A DNA stretch of 64,000 nt from an uncultured delta proteobacterium (lineage in GTDB: Bacteria > Desulfobacterota > Binatia > Binatales > Binataceae): contig CAWILO010000004.1 in NCBI GenBank assembly GCA_963836955.1, positions 152,916-216,915 on the forward strand. Direction: 5' to 3'. Below the pieces are notes generated by a model, which was not told the DNA's origin, ran no database searches, and worked only from the letters and a program-made list of their open reading frames with translations. Position 1 is the stretch's first letter, and every line of letters begins with the position of its first letter. Positions 27,650 to 37,073 of the stretch are shown piece after piece. A program made the position numbers and the translations under genes.

Positions 27650-28171
27650 TTAATCATAGTGTATTAGCGAGAAGCAGTTGACCGGCGCGAGGCGCTCGCG
27701 GCCCTTGAGCGCGTCGAGCTCGACCACGAACGCGCATCCGATCACGTTGCCACCGATCTTTTTGACCAGCTGCAGCGCGGCGGCCGCGGTCCCCCCGGTC
27801 GCGAGCAGATCGTCAACCAGCAGCACGCGACCTTTGCCGGCAAGCGCGTCCTGATGCATCTGCAAGGACGCGCTGCCGTATTCGAGATCGTACGCCTGAT
27901 CCACATATTGGTAAGGGAGCTTGCCGGGTTTGCGTGCAATCGCAAGTCCCACGCCCAACCGATACGCGACGGGAGCGCCGACGATGAAGCCGCGCGACTC
28001 GATTCCGACCACGGCATCAACTTTACCGAGGTAAGGCTGCGCCAACTGATCGACCACCGCGGCGAAACCGCGCGCGTCGGCAATCAGAGGCGTGAAGTCT
28101 CTGAACATTATTCCGGGCTTGGGGAAGTCGGGAACGTTACGAATAAGTTTTTTGATTTCTTCGGCAGTCAT
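27650..28171 (-). CDS. apt: adenine phosphoribosyltransferase
   Basis: Start at MTAEEIKKLIRNVPDFPKPGIMFRD. PRPP-binding motif VLLVDDLLATGGT. Confidence 0.9.
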   Translation of the reverse strand: MTAEEIKKLIRNVPDFPKPGIMFRDFTPLIADARGFAAVVDQLAQPYLGKVDAVVGIESRGFIVGAPVAYRLGVGLAIARKPGKLPYQYVDQAYDLEYGSASLQMHQDALAGKGRVLLVDDLLATGGTAAAALQLVKKIGGNVIGCAFVVELDALKGRERLAPVNCFSLIHYD

Positions 28172-28228
28172 CCTTGAATTCCATCGCACCGGCGTCTCAT
28201 GCAGTCTCGCGTGCGGTGGTCAAAGATA

Positions 28229-28981
28229 CTAGCTGCCGCCAGCCGCGGCAAAGCTGATTCCATCCGACTGCGTCGGTTCAGGCAGGTAGGCAAGCGGGTC
28301 TTGCGCCAGGTTGTCGCGGCGTACTTCGAAGTGAAGATTCGCGCCAGTGGTACGTCCGGAGCGTCCGATCGCGCCGATCTGACGGCCGCGCTCGACTCGA
28401 TCGCCTTCGTTGACCAGGTTGCGCTCGTTATGGCCGTAAACCGTCACGTAACCATCGTCATGACGAATGATCACGGTGTTGCCATAGCCGTGAAGCGTGC
28501 CCGAAAAAATGACGACACCGCTATCGGCCGCGAGAACGGGAGTGCCGACTGGGGCCGAGATATCGACACCGTCGTGCATCGCGCCGTTGCGAATCCCAAA
28601 TCCAGACGAAACCACTCCTTGCGACACCGGCCACAGGAACTGGCGAGACGACCGCTCGCCGAGGTACCGATGCACTCCGCTCGACGCAGTTCCGATTGAT
28701 ACGGCGCGATACGAACCGGGAATCGTCAGCGTCTGGCCGACGCGCAGCTCGCGTGGATCGCTGAGCCCGTTCGCCGTCATCAGGCGTCCTACGCTGACTC
28801 CGTATTCGTTCGCGATGTGGTAAACGGTCTCGCCTGCAACGACGACGTGCGTGACGGGGCGTTGCGAAATGGCGGGAGAGTAGGTCGCAGGCGGCGAGCT
28901 GTCGCCGCATCCTGCAAGCGCGATCAACCCTGCGAGCGCGACTACCACGCTCGCGCGGGAAATCCAACGCGTCCCTGTCAT
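28229..28981 (-). CDS. LysM-domain M23 family metallopeptidase lipoprotein (NlpD-like)
   Basis: Lipobox LIALAGC. LysM (YHIANEYGVSVGRLMTANGL). M23 motifs HDGVDI and GNTVIIRHDDGYVTVYGH. Confidence 0.85.
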   Translation of the reverse strand: MTGTRWISRASVVVALAGLIALAGCGDSSPPATYSPAISQRPVTHVVVAGETVYHIANEYGVSVGRLMTANGLSDPRELRVGQTLTIPGSYRAVSIGTASSGVHRYLGERSSRQFLWPVSQGVVSSGFGIRNGAMHDGVDISAPVGTPVLAADSGVVIFSGTLHGYGNTVIIRHDDGYVTVYGHNERNLVNEGDRVERGRQIGAIGRSGRTTGANLHFEVRRDNLAQDPLAYLPEPTQSDGISFAAAGGS

Positions 28982-29042
28982 CCACTCCTCACGTCGTCCT
29001 GTCCCCACCGCCCCACATCCGGGCCGCGCGAAAGTCTGCGCG

Positions 29043-29702
29043 CTAATCCTGGAAGCCGTGCTTGCCCGTCATCTTCACAAATCGACACTCACCGAAATAT
29101 TCTTCGCTCCAGTGGCCGGTCTTGCGGCTGATACGCACGAGGGTCTGGAGTTCGTCTTCGCCAATCGGTGCAATCAGCCGCCCATTCGGCGTCAACTGAT
29201 TCAGCAGCGGGAGAGCAATTCCGGGCATCGCCGCCGTCACCATCACGACGTCGAAGAGCGCCTCTTCCGGCCATCCATCCGACCCGTCGGCGCATCGAAG
29301 ATAGACGTTGTTGAAGCCCATCGAGTTGAGAATTACGCGGGCGCGATCGTGAAGATGCGGGTTGAGCTCGACCGAATAAACAGTGCGCGCGAGTCGCGAC
29401 AGCACCGCGGTCTGATAGCCCGAGCCGGTGCCGACTTCGAGAACTTTCTCGGTGCCGGTGAGTTCGGCGACCTCGCTCATCAAAGCGACCATGTACGGTT
29501 GCGAAATGGTCTGCGAGTCGCCGATGGGCAGCGGGCCGTCGTCGTAGGCGTGCTCGTGAAGCTCGGCGGGGAGGAATCGATGACGGGCGACCGTGCGCAT
29601 CGCGGCCAGCACGCGCGGATCTTTTATTCCGCGGCGTTCGAGTTGCTCGAGCACCATCCGCTCGCGCGCACTTTCGAGGTCGTTCGCCATCGCCATGGCC
29701 AT
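29043..29702 (-). CDS. pcm: protein-L-isoaspartate O-methyltransferase
   Basis: VLEVGTGSGYQTAVL motif I. Classic pcm/nlpD neighbourhood. Start chosen at MAMAND. Confidence 0.85.
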   Translation of the reverse strand: MAMAMANDLESARERMVLEQLERRGIKDPRVLAAMRTVARHRFLPAELHEHAYDDGPLPIGDSQTISQPYMVALMSEVAELTGTEKVLEVGTGSGYQTAVLSRLARTVYSVELNPHLHDRARVILNSMGFNNVYLRCADGSDGWPEEALFDVVMVTAAMPGIALPLLNQLTPNGRLIAPIGEDELQTLVRISRKTGHWSEEYFGECRFVKMTGKHGFQD

Positions 29703-29784
29703 TATACAGATACGCCGGCCAACGAATAAGGTATCAGAGGCAGCGGGCTGAGGGGGCAACTTTTAGGTTCGGAGAAACAGCAGA

Positions 29785-30540
29785 ATGCCGTTTTTCGATT
29801 CGGCAGGAATCAGGATTAACTACGAGGACGTCGGCTCCGGCGAGCCCGTGATTTTGGTACACGGCTTTGCCTCCACGGCGGAGCACAACTGGGGCGGCAC
29901 CGGTTGGATTTCGGCGCTGTCGGCGAAATATCGGGTGATTGCGCCCGACGTTCGCGGGCATGGACTCAGCGACAAGCCGCAAATGCCCGAAGCGTACGGC
30001 TACGCAGGCATGGGTGCGGACGTTACGCGCCTGATGGACCATCTTGGGCTAGAGCGCGCGCTTCTGATGGGTTACTCGATGGGTTCGAGCATCGCGATCG
30101 AGCTGATGCTGTCCCATCCTGAACGTTTTCGGACGATCGTCTTGGGCGGAATCGCTTACGACGACGGCCTGGAGGACAAGGCGGATCGCGATGCGATTGC
30201 GGAAGCTTACCGTGCCGACGATCCCGCTACGATAAAAAGTACGGTGGCGAAAGCGTACAGGCGATTCGCCGAGTCGATGCCCAACGACTTGAAGGCGCTG
30301 GCAGCGCTGATCGACGCCGAGCGATCGTTGTTCGAAGCAGACAAGCTCGCGGCGGTGCGGATGCCGGTGCTGATCGTCGTCGGAACCGACGACGAGGCGA
30401 TCGGCGATCCCAAACCGCTGGCGACGATGATTCCGAGTGCACGGCTGGTGATGCTCGAAGGTCGCGACCATATGACAGCGCCAGCAGATCAGCGATTCAA
30501 GGATGTGGTGCTCGAGTTCTTCGACGGCGCGTCGCGCTAA
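29785..30540 (+). CDS. alpha/beta hydrolase
   Basis: HGFAS oxyanion region and GYSMGS nucleophile elbow. 251 aa. Confidence 0.8.
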   Translation: MPFFDSAGIRINYEDVGSGEPVILVHGFASTAEHNWGGTGWISALSAKYRVIAPDVRGHGLSDKPQMPEAYGYAGMGADVTRLMDHLGLERALLMGYSMGSSIAIELMLSHPERFRTIVLGGIAYDDGLEDKADRDAIAEAYRADDPATIKSTVAKAYRRFAESMPNDLKALAALIDAERSLFEADKLAAVRMPVLIVVGTDDEAIGDPKPLATMIPSARLVMLEGRDHMTAPADQRFKDVVLEFFDGASR

Positions 30541-30600
30541 GCCCGTGATCGCGGCGTTTACCGGACTACGTGCAGCCTGAGCCGCGCATTACGCGGCTCG

Positions 30601-31647
30601 CTACTGGGCCTCCGCCGCACCGGAGAGCGCGGCGCTGATACGCTGGCCGAAGTCGGCCGGCGTTCCGGGCCGATAGATTACCTGCATCATCTCGGCCAGT
30701 TTCAGAATTCCGCGATTGCCTTTCAATACATCGCCGATTTCTTCGAGGTAGGCGGAAAGTCCGGTGGACGAATGGTCCGCCGCAAACTCCAGCGGCGCGC
30801 GCTGCGTAATGAACATCAGTCGTTTGAGATCTTCGGCAGCTTGGGGATGGAGCGTACAGAGCTCCTGATACCTTTGTGGATCTCGAAAGTAATTCCAGAT
30901 GTTTTTATCGGGAATCCCGAACTGGAGATTAGCGGTGAAGGCCATGTCGAGGCATGGAATGCCGCGCGCTGCACAGACCCCGGCGACTTTTGTGGGCGGA
31001 TCGTCGATCGCGACTGCGGGCGTATTGCTATGCGCCGCGTCGGCGGAGTTGCTGCCGTAGCGCGCGCGAAAGTCCTGGAAGCTGAGCGGGACTTTGCTGA
31101 GATGATAGAGGATGCAAATGCCGTCGTCGGCGAGGACGTTTTGCGCGACGTCGTCGATCATCCGCTCGGCGCTTCCCGGACTCTCGCAGTGATACAAAAC
31201 GTGCGAGGCAAAGACGATTTGAAACTCGCGGGCGCGGGCCGGCGAGTTTCGCGATCCCCGCAGTTCGAGCAAGTGCCCTGCGAAGGAGTCGCCGGCGTGG
31301 GTAGAAAAATCGACGAGCTTGAGCGTGCCTGCTGATTGCGCCGCCGCTAGAGTCGCGAGCGCCTCACCAGTGCGTTCGTCAGCGTACGCGGCGCTGTAGT
31401 CCGTTGCGCGAATCCTGAAGCCTGCGTCGAACTTCACGCCGGTCAGATATTTGACCAGGGTGTCGCACGGACCGCATCCGATGTCGGCGATTAGGATGGG
31501 ATCGTTTCCTGTAAGCACGACCTGATCGTCGTCGAGACGATTCAAAAACGCCGAATTGATGCGCGCGGTTTTTTCTTTTTCGTCAGTGGCCGCCTTGAAC
31601 GCCGGATAGATCTCTTCGTAGCGGTATTGGTCGATCGTAATGCTCAT
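30601..31647 (-). CDS. SAM-dependent methyltransferase-like protein
   Basis: Start at MSITIDQYRYEE. ILIADIGCGPCD motif I. The ORF track extends it across tRNA-Pro, which is rejected. Confidence 0.6.
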   Translation of the reverse strand: MSITIDQYRYEEIYPAFKAATDEKEKTARINSAFLNRLDDDQVVLTGNDPILIADIGCGPCDTLVKYLTGVKFDAGFRIRATDYSAAYADERTGEALATLAAAQSAGTLKLVDFSTHAGDSFAGHLLELRGSRNSPARAREFQIVFASHVLYHCESPGSAERMIDDVAQNVLADDGICILYHLSKVPLSFQDFRARYGSNSADAAHSNTPAVAIDDPPTKVAGVCAARGIPCLDMAFTANLQFGIPDKNIWNYFRDPQRYQELCTLHPQAAEDLKRLMFITQRAPLEFAADHSSTGLSAYLEEIGDVLKGNRGILKLAEMMQVIYRPGTPADFGQRISAALSGAAEAQ

Positions 31648-31670
31648 TTTTACCGTCGCGTAGTCTGAGT

Positions 31671-31747
31671 TGGTCGGGGTGGCCGGATTTGAACCGGCGA
31701 CCACTCGCACCCCAAGCGAGTGCGCTACCAGTCTGCGCCACACCCCG
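31671..31747 (-). tRNA. tRNA-Pro (anticodon GGG)
   Basis: Minus-strand sequence CGGGGTGTGGCGCAGACTGGTAGCGCACTCGCTTGGGGTGCGAGTGGTCGCCGGTTCAAATCCGGCCACCCCGACCA. It has a 7-bp acceptor stem and an anticodon loop UUGGGGU (G37 typical of Pro). GTTCAAATCC T-loop and encoded CCA. Confidence 0.85.
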
Positions 31748-31832
31748 ACGCGACGAACATTATATATTCGCTTCCGGCAAGACCACACCTGCCGCCCAAG
31801 CGGCGACTAAATGCTCGCCCGGCCTTTCCTGA

Positions 31833-32576
31833 TCAAGGCTTTTTCTTCGGCGCGACGCGCGGACGCCATTGCACGAATGCTCGCATATCGACCTGGAAGG
31901 TCCACGCGCTTTTCGACTGGTTGATCAGGTGCACGATCTCGTCGCATATCGCCGCCGGCGGAACGAAATGCGACGGATCGACGTCGGGCATCGACTCGCG
32001 CACCCGCGCACTGTCCACCGCGCCGTCGACGTCGATCGTCGCGGCGTGCACGCCGAGATGCATGAATTCGTAGGCGACGGACTCCGCGATCGCGCGCTGC
32101 GCCAGCTTCGACGCGTTGTAGGCGGAATATTGCGCGGGGCCGCTGCGCGACTCCGATCCCAGCACGAAAATCACGCTGCCCGACTTGCGCTCGGCCATCT
32201 TGCCGATCACGGCTTGCGTGCAGAAAAACGGTCCGTAGGCATTCACCTTGAGCTGGAAGTCGAAATCTTCCTCGGTGATTTCGGTGAAGCGTTTGCGCAG
32301 ATACGCGCCGGCGTTGTTGATCAACACGGAGATCGGCCCCAGCTCGCGCTCGACGGTCTCGACCGCGGCGACGACCTGATCGCGGCGCGCGACGTCGGTC
32401 GGCGTGACGACGGCCTTGCCACCCTGCGCGCGAATCAACTCGGCGGTTTCGTCGAGCTGCGACTTGGTGCGGGCGATCAACCCGACCGCGTACCCTTCTT
32501 TTGCCATTCGAAGCGCGATGTCGCGGCCGATGCCGCGGCCAGCGCCGGTTACCAATGCGACTTTTGCTTCCGACAT
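31833..32576 (-). CDS. SDR family oxidoreductase
   Basis: Start at MSEAKVALVTGAGRGIG. YxxxK active site (YNASK). Confidence 0.8.
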   Translation of the reverse strand: MSEAKVALVTGAGRGIGRDIALRMAKEGYAVGLIARTKSQLDETAELIRAQGGKAVVTPTDVARRDQVVAAVETVERELGPISVLINNAGAYLRKRFTEITEEDFDFQLKVNAYGPFFCTQAVIGKMAERKSGSVIFVLGSESRSGPAQYSAYNASKLAQRAIAESVAYEFMHLGVHAATIDVDGAVDSARVRESMPDVDPSHFVPPAAICDEIVHLINQSKSAWTFQVDMRAFVQWRPRVAPKKKP

Positions 32577-32679
32577 AGCGCGGAATCTTAGCCGCTGGCG
32601 GCGAGCGTGCAAACCTCTAATAAGGGCGCACTATTGATTTCACCTTGGCGCTTCTCGGATCTGGTGGTAGATTTGGACC

Positions 32680-33303
32680 ATGAGGTCGTCGCGATTCATC
32701 GTCGCAGTGTTCGCGGCCCTGGCGATGAGCGTCTTTCTGAATGCGCGCAGCGTGTTTGCGCAGGACGCGATCGACTCCGGCTCCGGCACGGACGCCGATT
32801 GGGAGCGCACCGGCCCGTCCATCGATGAAGATGCGGCTGCGGCCGACAAGGTTCTCGAGATCCCGCAGGTTTCGTGCCCCAAAGACGGCGGATCCGCCGC
32901 GTGCGATAGCACCGACGAGGATGGCAACGAAGGCAGCCAGGCAATAAACGCACCGTCGCCGGGCGCGCCGCCAACCCTAGACGACGACACCGCTAACGCA
33001 TCCGAGCCCAACCAGGATTGGGGCACGCTCGACGATTACCAGAACGAGCCGGCGTACGGGATTCCGTACGGCATGTCTCCCTACGGGATGACGGTGGCGG
33101 TGGGAACGATGAACGGGAACATCGCGCCAATTCCGTCGTCAGCTTACGCGCCGATGAGCAGCCCGCTGACTCAGGCCGCGCGCCCCCCGTTGAACGCCGG
33201 CCCCTGGATGACTCATCCCTCGATGTCCGCGTTCAGCCATCCGGCGGGCAATCCGATGATGGGGATGTCGATGGCGCATCCGGCGTTCGGATTTCATCAC
33301 TAA
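32680..33303 (+). CDS. secreted acidic low-complexity protein with Met/His-rich C-terminus
   Basis: Signal peptide FAALAMSVFLNARSVFAQ. A D/E-rich centre. C-terminal MSPYGM...HPAGNPMMGMSMAHPAFGFHH. Confidence 0.5.
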   Translation: MRSSRFIVAVFAALAMSVFLNARSVFAQDAIDSGSGTDADWERTGPSIDEDAAAADKVLEIPQVSCPKDGGSAACDSTDEDGNEGSQAINAPSPGAPPTLDDDTANASEPNQDWGTLDDYQNEPAYGIPYGMSPYGMTVAVGTMNGNIAPIPSSAYAPMSSPLTQAARPPLNAGPWMTHPSMSAFSHPAGNPMMGMSMAHPAFGFHH

Positions 33304-33399
33304 TCAGGCTTCGCGCGCCGTTTCGTTTCCGCTCAGTTCGCGCGCTATTATCGGGGCCCGATCGCACGCCTGTCGGCGCCGATCGGACGGGGATTTGCG

Positions 33400-34170
33400 A
33401 TGCTGATAACGGTTGACGTTGGCAACAGCCATACCGTGATTGGAATCTACGAAGGCGAGCGCCTGCGCAATCACTGGCGCATCTCGACCATTCCCGATCG
33501 CACCACAGACGAGCATGGCGCTCTTTTCAACACGCTCCTGTCGGCGGCGGGTCTTGAGGGGAACATGAAGCCGGAGGGCGTCGCGATCGCGTGCGTCGTT
33601 CCGCCGCTCAACCAGGTGATGGAGCAGCTGGCCGAGCGCTATTTCCATTGCGCACCACTGATGGTGGGTCCGGGAATTAAAACCGGCATGCCGATCCTCT
33701 ACGAGAATCCCAAGGAGGTCGGTGCCGACCGGATCGTCAATGCGGTCGCCGCTTACGAGCGCTACGCGTGCGCGACTATCGTCGTCGATTTCGGCACCGC
33801 GACCACGTTCGACTACGTGACCGGCAAGGGCGAGTATGCCGGCGGCGCGATAGCTCCCGGGCTGGGAGTCTCGATGAACGCATTGATCGAGCACGCCGCC
33901 AAGCTTTATCGCGTCGAGCTGGTTCGCCCGCGCGAGGCTGTCGGCCGCACCACGATCGGCTCGATTCAGTCGGGTCTGATCTTCGGCTACACCGCGCTGG
34001 TGGACGGGCTGGTCGCGCGCATCCTGAAGGAGCGCGGGGAAAAAGCGCGCATCATCGCGACCGGCGGTCTGGCCGACCTGATCGCGCCCGAGAGTGAGAC
34101 GATTGAAGAAGTCGATGAGTTTTTGACACTGAAGGGGTTAAGGCTGATATTTGAGCGCAACCGGCGCTAG
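33400..34170 (+). CDS. coaX: type III pantothenate kinase
   Basis: MLITVDVGNSHTVIGI and DFGTATTFD motifs. Confidence 0.9.
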   Translation: MLITVDVGNSHTVIGIYEGERLRNHWRISTIPDRTTDEHGALFNTLLSAAGLEGNMKPEGVAIACVVPPLNQVMEQLAERYFHCAPLMVGPGIKTGMPILYENPKEVGADRIVNAVAAYERYACATIVVDFGTATTFDYVTGKGEYAGGAIAPGLGVSMNALIEHAAKLYRVELVRPREAVGRTTIGSIQSGLIFGYTALVDGLVARILKERGEKARIIATGGLADLIAPESETIEEVDEFLTLKGLRLIFERNRR

Positions 34171-34173
34171 GTT

Positions 34174-35064
34174 TTGAGGGATTTGATGAGCAAGCAGGGT
34201 CGAGTCGTGACCGATTCGATGATCGGTCTCAAGATGCCGGATTACTCGCGGATCTCGCCGCGCGTCGCGACCGTGCTTGGTCAAAATCCAAGTCCGTTTA
34301 CGGGACCAGGCACCAACACCTACATCGTGGGCACCTCGAAGCGGCCGATCCTTCTCGACACGGGTCAGGGCGTTGCGATTTATGCCGACCTGCTCGAGGC
34401 CGGGCTCAAGGAACTCTCCGGCAGCACCGAACTCGAGCGAATCGTTCTGACGCATGCGCACGTCGATCACTTGGGAGGCGTGCGCCAGGTCACTGAAAGA
34501 TTCGGCGAGATGGAAGTGCTGAAGATGCCATGGGAGGGTCACGACGCGCCCGCCGGCGAGATTTCAGCAATCGGTCACGACGCCGTCGTCCATACAGAAG
34601 GCGCCACGCTGCGCGCGGTTTTTACTCCTGGCCATGCACCGGATCACCTATGCTACTATCTCGAAGAAGAGCGCGCAGTGTTCACGGGGGACGTCGTGCT
34701 GGGGGCAGGGACTACAGTCATTCCTGACGATACTGGCGACCTGGGCGAGTACATGGATTCGCTTAGGCGCTTGCTCGCGCTCGATCTCGAGACGATCTAT
34801 CCAGCGCACGGCCCGGTCATCCGCAACCCCAAAGAGAAGATCGGCGAATACATTGCTCATCGCGAACTGCGCGAGTGCCAGGTGCTCGAGGCGCTCTCTG
34901 ACGGTGCGGGACCGCTGGAAGCGATGGCGATCGTGAAGAAGATTTACGTGGACGTTCCTGAGTATCTGCATCCTGCCGCTGCAAGCTCGGTCCGCTCTCA
35001 CTTGCGAAAGCTCGAGCGAGAGGGCCGCGTGGTGGAGCATGAAAAGCGCTGGAGTGTTAACTAG
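34174..35064 (+). CDS. MBL-fold metallo-hydrolase
   Basis: THAHVDHLGG motif and downstream His/Asp ligands. 296 aa. Confidence 0.85.
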   Translation: MRDLMSKQGRVVTDSMIGLKMPDYSRISPRVATVLGQNPSPFTGPGTNTYIVGTSKRPILLDTGQGVAIYADLLEAGLKELSGSTELERIVLTHAHVDHLGGVRQVTERFGEMEVLKMPWEGHDAPAGEISAIGHDAVVHTEGATLRAVFTPGHAPDHLCYYLEEERAVFTGDVVLGAGTTVIPDDTGDLGEYMDSLRRLLALDLETIYPAHGPVIRNPKEKIGEYIAHRELRECQVLEALSDGAGPLEAMAIVKKIYVDVPEYLHPAAASSVRSHLRKLEREGRVVEHEKRWSVN

Positions 35065-35917
35065 CAAGGCGTGGGAGGATCGCGTTTTTGGCGCATCGCT
35101 CGCCGCGATGCTGCTGGTCCTGTCCTGTAGCGCGCTCGCGCTTGCGCAGTCTGCCGAAACCGCGGCGTCCGAGACCTGGAAGACAGCGGCCGCATCCGCA
35201 GCCGCGTCCGCTTCGAGCACGCGATCCGGCGCTGTCGTGCCCGTCGCGGAGGCCGCGCCTGTCACTGTTCCGGCGAACATGGTTCCGACTCCGCACGACA
35301 TGGACGCCTCTCAGCCAGGCGCCGCCGAGATTCAGCCACCCAATCCTGCCGATGCCTCGCAACAGCAGCCTCCCGGCACTGCCCCCGACGCGCAGCCGTC
35401 CGCGGACGGCAGCGAGGTCGCGCGTTATCAGGCGGAGCAGAGCGGGATGCCTCCTGAGCAGCTCAAGAGCCTCCAGCAGTTCGACAGCGAGGGCGAGCTT
35501 TCGACGCCCTTTGGAATGCAATTGCGCGAGGCGCGGCGCACGCTCAAGTCCGGCGAAGAGGCTGACGGCCTGCTGATCACGGCTGTCGAAAAAGGCAGTC
35601 CTGCCGCCAATGTGGGCCTGCACCCCTACACTCACGGTGTGCATGACGCGCTTACTGCGGCCGCGATGGTGGGTGCGGTCTTTTCCGGCGGGTTGGCAGT
35701 GGTGGTGATTCCGGCGATCGACTACATGCAGGTCGGCGAGAGCTACGACATGATCATCGGCGTCGACGGCTCGCGCGTAACCAACTTTCTCGACTACCAG
35801 GACCGCATGCGCGACCTCCAGCCGGGCGAGGTCATCTATCTAAGCGTCGTGCGCAACGGCAAGCGCATCCAGGTGACGATGCCAGTGCCGGCCAACGTCC
35901 TGCAAGCCACCAACTGA
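35039..35917 (+). CDS. secreted PDZ-domain protein
   Basis: Signal peptide. An Ala/Pro/Gln-rich linker. A C-terminal PDZ-like block (GLLITAVEKGSPAANVGL...IIGVDGSRV). Start overlaps the MBL gene end by 26 nt. Confidence 0.55.
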   Translation: MKSAGVLTSKAWEDRVFGASLAAMLLVLSCSALALAQSAETAASETWKTAAASAAASASSTRSGAVVPVAEAAPVTVPANMVPTPHDMDASQPGAAEIQPPNPADASQQQPPGTAPDAQPSADGSEVARYQAEQSGMPPEQLKSLQQFDSEGELSTPFGMQLREARRTLKSGEEADGLLITAVEKGSPAANVGLHPYTHGVHDALTAAAMVGAVFSGGLAVVVIPAIDYMQVGESYDMIIGVDGSRVTNFLDYQDRMRDLQPGEVIYLSVVRNGKRIQVTMPVPANVLQATN

Positions 35918-36233
35918 TCCATTCCTATTCCTCGCCCATTAGTTCACGGGATCGGTTAGGTGAGGGTTCTGCGGCATCCACCGCGATTTTCTCCTTTACG
36001 CGCTCGCCGACTTTCTCTATAAGTTGATTCGTCCGTCGAGGAAGACACTTCCCGGCGAGACGGTGTTGAGAGGACATTTGGTTTCGTTGTCTGCTCGCGC
36101 CTGGATCCGACAAGGACCGGGACTCCGAGTGATTCGAGCGCTCGTTCATTCGAGGATGCTCTGATGCGGGGTTGCCGGTAAGCGGCAGCCCCGATTTTTT
36201 TGGTGCGAGCAACTGAAGCGAGTGAGTGAGAAA

Positions 36234-37073
36234 ATGACGCAAGAAAAAGTTCGCGTGCCCGATCTCGCGCGCATGAAGGCCGCGCGGCAGCCAATCACGA
36301 TGCTGACCGCGTACGATTTCCCCTTCGCGAGGATCTTCGACATCTCCGGCGTCGACGTGCTCCTGGTCGGCGATAGTCTCGCGATGGCGGTGCGCGGCGA
36401 GGACAACACCCTAGCCGTCACAATCGACGAGGTCATCTACCACACCCGGATGGTCGCGCGGGCGCGCCGCCGTGCGATCCTCGTCGCCGATATGCCGTTC
36501 CTGTCGTACCAGGTGAGTCCCGAAGACGCGCTGCGCAACGCCGGCCGTCTCGTCAAGGAAGGCGGCGCCGAAGCGGTGAAGCTCGAAGGCGGCGTCGCGA
36601 TCGCAGACACAGTCGCGAGAATCTCGGCTGTCGATATTCCCGTGATGGGACACATCGGCTTGACGCCACAGTCGATTCATCGAATGGGCGGGCATCGCGT
36701 GCAAGGCCGAAAATCCGGCCGCGCCGCCGGATGCCGTGAGCGCCTGCTCGAAGATGCTGTCGCACTCGAAGCCGCAGGCGCATTCGCAATCGTCGTCGAG
36801 GGCGTGCCGCCGTCGTTGGCGCACGAGATAACTTCGCGTGTCGCGATTCCGACTATCGGCATCGGCGCCGGCCCCGGATGCGACGGGCAAGTGCTCGTGA
36901 TGCACGACATGCTCGGCCTCAACGAGTCGTTCGCGCCGCGCTTCGCGAAGCCGTTCGCGCATCTGTGGAGCGAGGCCGCGGCGGCAGCCACAGCCTACGT
37001 GCGCGAAGTGAAAGAGTGCGCGTTTCCCGCGCCGGAACACTGTTACGCCGAATCCGGGAGGGCCTCGCGATGA
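36234..37073 (+). CDS. panB: 3-methyl-2-oxobutanoate hydroxymethyltransferase
   Basis: ITMLTAYDF and LLVGDSLAM motifs. ATG at 36234 is preceded by the GAGTGAG SD. The GTG at 36222 is a less likely start. Confidence 0.9.
   Translation: MTQEKVRVPDLARMKAARQPITMLTAYDFPFARIFDISGVDVLLVGDSLAMAVRGEDNTLAVTIDEVIYHTRMVARARRRAILVADMPFLSYQVSPEDALRNAGRLVKEGGAEAVKLEGGVAIADTVARISAVDIPVMGHIGLTPQSIHRMGGHRVQGRKSGRAAGCRERLLEDAVALEAAGAFAIVVEGVPPSLAHEITSRVAIPTIGIGAGPGCDGQVLVMHDMLGLNESFAPRFAKPFAHLWSEAAAAATAYVREVKECAFPAPEHCYAESGRASR

Noticed and set aside
30601-31788. N-terminal 47 codons of the 395-aa methyltransferase ORF
   Set aside because: They run across a well-formed tRNA-Pro gene. The real start is the internal ATG at 31647.
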